Origin: Dehalococcoidia bacterium
Lineage (GTDB): Bacteria; Chloroflexota; Dehalococcoidia; Lucifugimonadales; Lucifugimonadaceae
Assembly (NCBI GenBank): GCA_029936485.1
Contig: JAPYSM010000001.1
Location: 1 to 42,414, forward strand
Direction: 5' to 3'
DNA: 42,414 bases
In this document: one piece after another, positions 35,984-42,414 of the stretch
Layout: every line of letters begins with the position of its first letter
Position numbering within the stretch: position 1 is the first letter of the stretch
The notes under the pieces: generated by a model
Database searches by the model: none
What the model saw: the letters and a program-made list of their open reading frames with translations, nothing else
What the model was told of the DNA's origin: nothing
Position numbers and translations under genes: made by a program

Positions 35984-38152
35984 ATGCCTCATGCCGGGGA
36001 CCTGAATTATCGCAGTCCTGCAAGTATGCCGGGCTATGGTGGCACATCCCCCTCCGGATTTCGTTCACCACATATTGCGCACAACTATCCCGAGTTGTCG
36101 GGGAAGTCCCGGGAGTCCTGCTTGCCTGAACGCTTTGTACTGCTCATTGTGCTTGATGGCCTCGGGTACAACCGGGATCGTCTCGACACCCTTAAGGAAG
36201 ATGCTTGGAAGTCCCTTCCACCAAGCGTTTCTTCCCTGTTGCTCACGCAGGCGGAATCCGTGCTCGAACGCAACCCAGGTTCGGTTAACAGGGATCCAGA
36301 AGAGCTGGCCAGGGATGCACTTCTCCCGGTGGGGGTTGAGAATCTACCGAAAAACGCTGGCTTCGATGAAGCCACCGCCCAACTGAAGTCGCTTGAGTCT
36401 CTGACCGCGGCGTCCGCCGGGACAAACGTTGTGAAGAGAGTCGCCGAGATCGTCCGGACGCAGGCCGTTCAGATGCGCTATGTTCCTATCGCCGCAAGAG
36501 CGGAACACTTTGCCGAGATTAGAAACTCAAACCTGACTATTCCGACAAGTGCTTCAGGTCGGTGGGCTGGCTTTGAGGACGTTTTCCCGCCCGTGCAGGG
36601 CAATTCCGACACGGGACACCAGCAAATTACCAACCTGAGGGTGGCGCCCCAGCTTTCCCTGGAGATAACAGAATCTATCAACAACGGTAGTTTCTTCAAA
36701 AATCCGGAACTTGCGCGCATCGTGTCTCGCGCCGTTTCCGACCGACGATCTCTGAATTTCACGTACCTGCTGTCCGGGGTTGGGGGCTCCGATGGCCGGG
36801 TGCATTCGGCCTGGAATCACCTCGAGGCGTTCCTGCGCCTGATATTTGAAATCCACAACGCCGATCCCCGATTAGTGCATATGCAGGCAATTTTGGATGG
36901 TCGGGATTCGCCCGATACCTCCTCGATGACATCCACGACGGATGCGAACAGTGGATCGAGTGGTGGATATATCGAACGCCTCGAAGAGTTGCTGGAAGGT
37001 TACGGCGCAAAGCGGTCCCTTGCGTGGGTTATCGGTCGGAATCAGGCGATGGATCGTGACTACCGCGAGCCAAACATTCGTGCGGACTATCTGTCCCTAA
37101 CCGGGGACGACACCGATACCGTGAAGGGGTTCGGAGACCTCAAACGAACGCTAACACGGCTGCACAAGGACGGTGTGATGGACGGCGATGTTCCCGCTAT
37201 GGCGGTGCTTCACGGAGACGCTCAAGCCGCACGCATTGGCCCCCTAGATTCGTTCGTTGATCTGAACTTTCGGGCCGACCGTCAGCGTGCAAAGATCGCC
37301 TCTCTCGCTGGCGCTCGCAGCTTTCTCGCGAGGGAATCAACCTCACGTGGTCGCAACTGGACATTCGGATGGATGCGCTCAGACCTAAACCTAGATATCT
37401 GTGGACTGGCGGATTACCACCCTGAGTTAGGCACTCGGTACGGGGTAAAGGCAGCGTTTCCGAACCGCCCCCACAGGGACAACCTGCTTTCTCTGTTCCC
37501 GTCGTTCGCCCCCGACGAACAGTATCTGCTGGTTGGTGAATCGGTCAAAGAATTGCACATGGGCTACTTCATTCGCGGGCGCCGAGAGGATCCGGTTACC
37601 TCTAACTGCGAGGTCCGACATATCATTCCGTCACTTGGGGAGCAGGAAGGCGTTGTCAACGACGCGGATGTCTACAAAGTGCCGCCGATGCGCACCGTTG
37701 AAATCACCAACACGCTTGTTAAAGCGATGTCGGCACGACGCTACCCCTTGATCTGCGCCAACCTTGCCAGCACGGATATGCTTGGGCACTTACTGCCGCG
37801 TCATTTCGAAGCGGCGGTGGCATCATACGAGGCAGTCGACATAGCGCTTGCTCGCATCGTAACGGTGGCCAGAGATTTCGGCTATCACGTCGTAATCACA
37901 TCGGACCATGGCAATATTGAGGACGACACTTCAAGTCACTCCGTCAACGACGTGCTAACCACCGTCATCGCCCCTCGTGGCCGGCTCACTGCGGCCAGGC
38001 GTGAGGTGTATCAGGCAAGGTTGTTCGATGTCTCGTGGACCGTCGGGAGGCTTCTCGGCGTCGAGGAGGAACTAAAACGGCACATGGCAGGTGCCGGCGA
38101 TTCCAATGTCGGCGGGCCTGATGTGGGACGACCGATCATAGAACCCATCTGA
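35984..38152 (+). CDS. Cofactor-independent phosphoglycerate mutase-like metalloenzyme (alkaline-phosphatase superfamily), unusually long at 722 aa
   Basis: iPGM-like motifs appear in order: LLIVLDGLGYN, GNSDTGHQQI, ANLASTDMLGHL, VITSDHGNIED. The central region is expanded. Confidence 0.7.
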   Translation: MPHAGDLNYRSPASMPGYGGTSPSGFRSPHIAHNYPELSGKSRESCLPERFVLLIVLDGLGYNRDRLDTLKEDAWKSLPPSVSSLLLTQAESVLERNPGSVNRDPEELARDALLPVGVENLPKNAGFDEATAQLKSLESLTAASAGTNVVKRVAEIVRTQAVQMRYVPIAARAEHFAEIRNSNLTIPTSASGRWAGFEDVFPPVQGNSDTGHQQITNLRVAPQLSLEITESINNGSFFKNPELARIVSRAVSDRRSLNFTYLLSGVGGSDGRVHSAWNHLEAFLRLIFEIHNADPRLVHMQAILDGRDSPDTSSMTSTTDANSGSSGGYIERLEELLEGYGAKRSLAWVIGRNQAMDRDYREPNIRADYLSLTGDDTDTVKGFGDLKRTLTRLHKDGVMDGDVPAMAVLHGDAQAARIGPLDSFVDLNFRADRQRAKIASLAGARSFLARESTSRGRNWTFGWMRSDLNLDICGLADYHPELGTRYGVKAAFPNRPHRDNLLSLFPSFAPDEQYLLVGESVKELHMGYFIRGRREDPVTSNCEVRHIIPSLGEQEGVVNDADVYKVPPMRTVEITNTLVKAMSARRYPLICANLASTDMLGHLLPRHFEAAVASYEAVDIALARIVTVARDFGYHVVITSDHGNIEDDTSSHSVNDVLTTVIAPRGRLTAARREVYQARLFDVSWTVGRLLGVEEELKRHMAGAGDSNVGGPDVGRPIIEPI

Positions 38153-38354
38153 ACAACCATGGCCGCATCAACGCCACCCACCCCCGGTATGCGTGAAAAC
38201 CCACACGTACTAACCGCGTACCACTCACTTGACCCCATGCTGAGGCTTACGTAACGCAGTGATTGCGTACCCTAAACACACTGGAAGCTAAAGAGCGGCT
38301 GATCAAACGAAAACGAAAGTTGGTCGCCAGCCTTTCTAACTAATCGAGTCAACA

Positions 38355-38386
38355 GAGCACGCCCCCGAAATATCGGGGGCGTGCTC
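38355..38386. terminator. Strong 13-bp GC-rich hairpin between convergent genes
   Basis: GAGCACGCCCCCG aaatat CGGGGGCGTGCTC, with no U-tract on either strand. Confidence 0.5.
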
Positions 38387-38434
38387 ACGTGGACACCTTA
38401 GCTAGAGTGGAGGTTGAAACAGCCGGTCGTTCAC

Positions 38435-39190
38435 CTACTGGGCGGTCATACCACCATCGATTATCAGTTCGCTCCCCGTCACAAAACTTGATTCTTCAGA
38501 AGCCAGGTACAGGATCCCGTAGGCTATATCTGACGGCACGCCCATCCGGCCTAACGGCGTTTTACGGATACGTTCATGACGCACACCCGGCTGCGCGTGC
38601 ATTCCTTGAGTCATCGGCGTGTCTACAAATCCAGGATGAACCGAATTGACGCGTATTTGCTCGTCCGCGTACTGAATTGCGGCGGCTTTAGAAAACGTCC
38701 TGACGGCGCCCTTAGAGGCGTGATACGCCGTGCCTCCCCTGCTGCCAACATTACCGTACACCGAGGAGATGTTTATGACGGACCCGCCGCCAACTTTTCT
38801 CATTTCTGGTATAGCGTGCTTGGTTCCAAGAAATACGCCTTTGGCGTTGACGGCCATCACGGCGTCCCAGCCTTCCACGCTCTGATTCTCGGTCGACGGC
38901 CGTCCCGGGACTGATATTCCGGCGCTGTTCACCACGATGTCCAACCTGCCATACCTATCGATCGTTTCGGCCACAACGCTTTGCCACTGGGCCTCGTCCG
39001 TGACGTCCAGCCTCAGGTAGGCGGCCTCTTCACCACCATTCTTGATGTCGGATTCCAGGGCACCGCCGAGCTCGTCGTTAACATCAGCGATCACCACACG
39101 TGCGCCCTCTCTGGTGAACAGCCGCGATGTCGCCTCGCCGATACCCGAAGCACCACCACTTACGATCGCAACTTTGCCTTCGAGTCTCAT
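38435..39190 (-). CDS. Classical short-chain dehydrogenase/reductase
   Basis: SGGASGIGEA, NSAG, and S...YHASKGAV. GGAGG lies 5 nt upstream of the ATG. Confidence 0.9.
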   Translation of the reverse strand: MRLEGKVAIVSGGASGIGEATSRLFTREGARVVIADVNDELGGALESDIKNGGEEAAYLRLDVTDEAQWQSVVAETIDRYGRLDIVVNSAGISVPGRPSTENQSVEGWDAVMAVNAKGVFLGTKHAIPEMRKVGGGSVINISSVYGNVGSRGGTAYHASKGAVRTFSKAAAIQYADEQIRVNSVHPGFVDTPMTQGMHAQPGVRHERIRKTPLGRMGVPSDIAYGILYLASEESSFVTGSELIIDGGMTAQ

Positions 39191-39420
39191 CTATGCCTCC
39201 ATTGACGGTGGAATTCCAGGCCAGCCCGGTTTGGTCAGGGCCGGAATGTACCACGCCGTTTCTCGGCGGAGCCAGAATGACACCGGGTCCTACTCGTAAC
39301 GACGCCGTTTCCGTGCCAACATACACGCAGGCGAATTTACTATCGCGGTCATGATCGAAAAGCAGGCGAATCAAGGGTGTCGAGCGCAACCGCTCCGGGC
39401 AGTCATTTGAGTGAACTTGA

Positions 39421-40692
39421 ATGAACCGGCTGAGAACGAAGGCACGTTCAACCAGTTACGGGTGGTGGATCGCAATAGCCGGGTCGCTCAATATGGCGTT
39501 GACATCCGGCCCCACATTCCATGCGCAGAGCGTCATCTTCGCCGCCGTGGAATCACAGACCGGGTGGAGCCGGACACTTGTATCCGGTGTCGGGACGTTC
39601 GGTCGATTCGGTGGCGCTATGCTGGGGCCGATCGAAGGCTTCATGGTGGACCGAATCGGCGCGGCCTGGATGATGCTTGTAGGTCTGGTTATCGGCGGTT
39701 TCGGGTTCATTTTACTTTCTCAAATGGGCGAGAGCGCCCTGATTTACTACATCGCGTACTTCATTCTTTCACTTGGCTTCTCCGGGGGAGGCTTCGTACC
39801 CGCTACAGCGGCTGTAGCCAAGTGGCTCCCCACACGTCGAGCTACCGGTATCGCCATCGTTCTCGCGGGGAGCAGCATCGGTGGATTCATGGTCCCCGCC
39901 ATCTCCTGGGGGATAAAGAACCACGGATTCGAATCAACCATGATGGCTATCGGAATTGCCGGGATCACGATGGCGCCGGTATTTTTCTGGGCTTTCTCAC
40001 GTCGGGGCGTACGGCCTGGCGATCAGGATATGGACGATCCGGCGAAATCCGGGGTGATCGTCGATGACGGTTCGTTCACCCTTCGGGAGGCCTTACACAC
40101 ACGTACCTTCTGGGTTCTGTCTGGGACCCACGCGCTTGCCAACCTATCGGTGGGCGCCGTCTCGGCACATTTGGTCCTGCATCTGACTGACATCGGGATT
40201 CCTGATTTGAAAGCCGCCGGCGTGATCCCGATATTCGTCGGAATCGCCTTCTTCGCACAACTTGGCGGAGGTTTCATAGGCGACAAGTTGGATAAGCGAT
40301 TCATGCTGTCCATCAGCCTGGTGATCCAGTCGATCTCTGTAATCGTCCTCGCTTACGCGAGCAGCTATGGCGGCGCCGTTGTATTCGCCCTCCTTTGGGG
40401 CGTCGGGTTCGGTAGCCGAGGTCCGATACTCCATGCCCTCAGGGGTGACTATTTTGGTTCTCGGTACTTTGGTTCCATCCTGGGGATCGCGAGCTTTCCG
40501 ATGATCCTAGGCATGACGGCGACGCCGGTTCTTGTTGGACTAGCCTTCGACTTGCAGGGCACCTATAAGTGGGCCTTCCTCACCACAGCGACAACCGGTT
40601 TCATGGCTTCGATACTTGTTCTATTTGCCCAAAGCCCTGTACGGCCTACACGTCACGGCGGATGGATAGACGATACGACCCCGCTGGTATGA
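39421..40692 (+). CDS. MFS transporter (OFA/YhjX-like)
   Basis: 423 aa with multiple hydrophobic helices. N-terminus YGWWIAIAGSLNM. Confidence 0.85.
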   Translation: MNRLRTKARSTSYGWWIAIAGSLNMALTSGPTFHAQSVIFAAVESQTGWSRTLVSGVGTFGRFGGAMLGPIEGFMVDRIGAAWMMLVGLVIGGFGFILLSQMGESALIYYIAYFILSLGFSGGGFVPATAAVAKWLPTRRATGIAIVLAGSSIGGFMVPAISWGIKNHGFESTMMAIGIAGITMAPVFFWAFSRRGVRPGDQDMDDPAKSGVIVDDGSFTLREALHTRTFWVLSGTHALANLSVGAVSAHLVLHLTDIGIPDLKAAGVIPIFVGIAFFAQLGGGFIGDKLDKRFMLSISLVIQSISVIVLAYASSYGGAVVFALLWGVGFGSRGPILHALRGDYFGSRYFGSILGIASFPMILGMTATPVLVGLAFDLQGTYKWAFLTTATTGFMASILVLFAQSPVRPTRHGGWIDDTTPLV

Positions 40693-40760
40693 TGCCGCCG
40701 CCTTCGTTTCAGGACGGTGGACTTCCAGTCATCTTCGTAATCCAAAGGAATCACTGAGCA

Positions 40761-42176
40761 ATGCCCGATAGCGACATCTGTTTCACGCCAGCGACCGAGC
40801 AGGCGCGCATGGTGCGGGGCGGTGAAATCTCTGCCGTTGAGCTGATGCAGGCGCATCTCGATCAGATCGAGCGCGTTAATCCGACTGTTAATGCAGTGGT
40901 GACGCTAGTAGCCGACGAGGCACTTGCCGGTGCTGCCGAGGCAGATCAAAGTCGGGCGCGTGGCGACGAGTTCGGACCGCTACACGGATTACCGACCGGA
41001 ATCAAGGACCTTATCGCAACCAGAGGTATCCGGACGACGATGGGGTCCCCGATTTTCGCAGACAACGTCCCTGATGCCGACGCCGGCATCGTGAGCCGAA
41101 TGAAATCGGCCGGGGCGATCGTGATTGGCAAAACCAACACCCCCGAGTTCGGCGCAGGCTCCCAGACCTTCAATCAGGTTTTCGGGGCGACACTCAATCC
41201 GTACGACACGTCCCGCACTTGCGGGGGCAGCAGTGGAGGTTCTGGCGTCGGGCTGGCTTGCGGCATGTTCTCTACTACCGTCGGGACCGATCTCGGCGGC
41301 TCGTTACGAAATCCAGCAGCCTGGTCAAACGTGGTCGGTTTACGACCCTCCCCGGGACGTGTGCCCGCCGCGGGCGCTCTGCCGTGGACGTCAATGAGCA
41401 CCGCCGGCCCGATGGGTCGCACAGTCGCCGACGTGGCGTTGCAACTCTCCGTGCAGGCCGGTCCTGACCCGCTAGTCCCTTCCTCGTTGCACGAAGATCC
41501 GGATCGGTTCGCTGACGCGCTGGGACGAGATTTTGCAGGGACCCGAATCGCATGGAGCCGGGATCTTGGCGGCCGTCCTATTGAGCCGGTCCAGACAGAC
41601 GTTCTGGACGCCCAACGGCATGTTTTCGAGGACATCGGCTGCATCGTTGAAGACGCTGAACCGGACCTCCGTGGGTCAGATTCGGTGTTCCAGGTTTTGC
41701 GTGCGTACTCGTTCGCACACGGTCAGGAACGTCACCTGATAGAGCACAGGGATTTGCTCAAGGACACAGTCATCTGGAACGCCGAAGAGGGTCTCGCTTT
41801 GAGTGCGTTAGACGTGGCGAAGGCGGAGGAGGAACGGACCAGGCTATTCGGTCTGATGATCGCATTCTTCGATGAGTACGATTTCCTGGCGCTACCGGTG
41901 ACGAGCCTGCCGCCGTTCTCGGTGGATATCCCTTACCCGACGGTAGTGAACGGTGTGGAGATGGAGACGTATATCGACTGGATGTGGCCATGCATGGATA
42001 TCACCGTCGTCGCCTGTCCCGCAATTTCAGTACCGGCCGGGTTCACGCCTGACGGCCTTCCCGTAGGTCTCCAGCTTGTATCCGCGCCACGGACAGACTT
42101 CGAACTTCTACAACTGGCGCACGCGTTCGAGGGAGCCACAGGGTTCTGGAAGCAGCGACCGGGAGTGGTGGGTTAG
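40761..42176 (+). CDS. Amidase-signature family amidase
   Basis: GGSSGGSG signature, catalytic Lys context GIKDLI, 471 aa. Confidence 0.9.
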   Translation: MPDSDICFTPATEQARMVRGGEISAVELMQAHLDQIERVNPTVNAVVTLVADEALAGAAEADQSRARGDEFGPLHGLPTGIKDLIATRGIRTTMGSPIFADNVPDADAGIVSRMKSAGAIVIGKTNTPEFGAGSQTFNQVFGATLNPYDTSRTCGGSSGGSGVGLACGMFSTTVGTDLGGSLRNPAAWSNVVGLRPSPGRVPAAGALPWTSMSTAGPMGRTVADVALQLSVQAGPDPLVPSSLHEDPDRFADALGRDFAGTRIAWSRDLGGRPIEPVQTDVLDAQRHVFEDIGCIVEDAEPDLRGSDSVFQVLRAYSFAHGQERHLIEHRDLLKDTVIWNAEEGLALSALDVAKAEEERTRLFGLMIAFFDEYDFLALPVTSLPPFSVDIPYPTVVNGVEMETYIDWMWPCMDITVVACPAISVPAGFTPDGLPVGLQLVSAPRTDFELLQLAHAFEGATGFWKQRPGVVG

Positions 42177-42274
42177 GAAGCTCCAACTCCCTCATTAAAA
42201 GCGGGCTGTTTGATCCCCTCCACCACCAGGAGCGGGCTAGCGTGAAGGGGAAGTCCTGTACAAGCTCGAACGGC

Positions 42275-42414
42275 CTACCGCCGTCGCAGCTCTGCGCGCA
42301 ATCGCGCCCCAACGATCTCCGACTCACCCGCCTGCATATTGAAGGCGTTGATCTCTAGTTCGTTGTGATCCGGGTCGAACCGGATGCCGATGCGGGGATC
42401 TCCGTCCATCATGG
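42275..42414 (-). CDS. Possible 3' end of a gene running off the window, or a 45-codon ORF
   Basis: The minus-strand frame is open to the window edge (...MMDGDPRIGIRFDPDHNELEINAFNMQAGESEIVGARLRAELRRR, stop at 42277..42275). No motif recognised. Confidence 0.2.
   Translation of the reverse strand, partial: MMDGDPRIGIRFDPDHNELEINAFNMQAGESEIVGARLRAELRRR

Noticed and set aside
39411-40067. 218-aa plus-strand ORF in an alternative frame of the MFS gene at 39421
   Set aside because: The Arg/Gly/His-rich translation looks non-protein-like, whereas the overlapping frame gives coherent transmembrane helices.

Overview
Dense, GC-rich bacterial chromosomal window with about 36 protein genes on both strands. 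Many genes show 4-nt start/stop overlaps, and GTG/TTG starts preceded by GGAG-type Shine-Dalgarno sites are common. Most of the content is housekeeping: a partial ABC importer ATPase; a SirB1-like protein; an ECF sigma/anti-sigma pair followed by a tiny zinc-ribbon ORF, an LprG-like lipoprotein and an MFS pump; a long ThyX-like protein; a pdhABC-type 2-oxoacid dehydrogenase operon; folD; an acpS-nnr-coaX-coaBC cofactor cluster; kbl with a coupled SDR; valS behind a Val-specific T-box leader; polX coupled to an unknown 294-aa protein; secA; prs; and ispH. A more accessory block follows: an enolase-superfamily enzyme, a uronate-dehydrogenase-like SDR, a DUF192 lipoprotein, a tandem CE7-type esterase, a long iPGM-like enzyme, an SDR, an MFS transporter and an amidase. 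I recognised no rRNA, tRNA, CRISPR, transposase or integrase. The gene content (T-box, RskA-type anti-sigma, LprG/MFS pair, PolX) suggests a Chloroflexota- or Actinomycetota-like lineage, but this is inference only. The main observations are: (1) an ArsC/Spx-family gene whose catalytic-Cys codon is an in-frame TGA followed by a SECIS-like hairpin, a candidate UxxC selenoprotein truncated in the ORF track; (2) two conserved genes (folD and the pdhA-like gene) whose homology-supported N-termini can only be reached from ATC codons 7 nt downstream of strong SD sites; (3) a T-box riboswitch with a GUC specifier upstream of valS; (4) a 45-aa zinc-ribbon ORF, below the ORF-track size cutoff, inside the ECF/LprG/MFS cluster; (5) an uncharacterised protein translationally coupled to polX.
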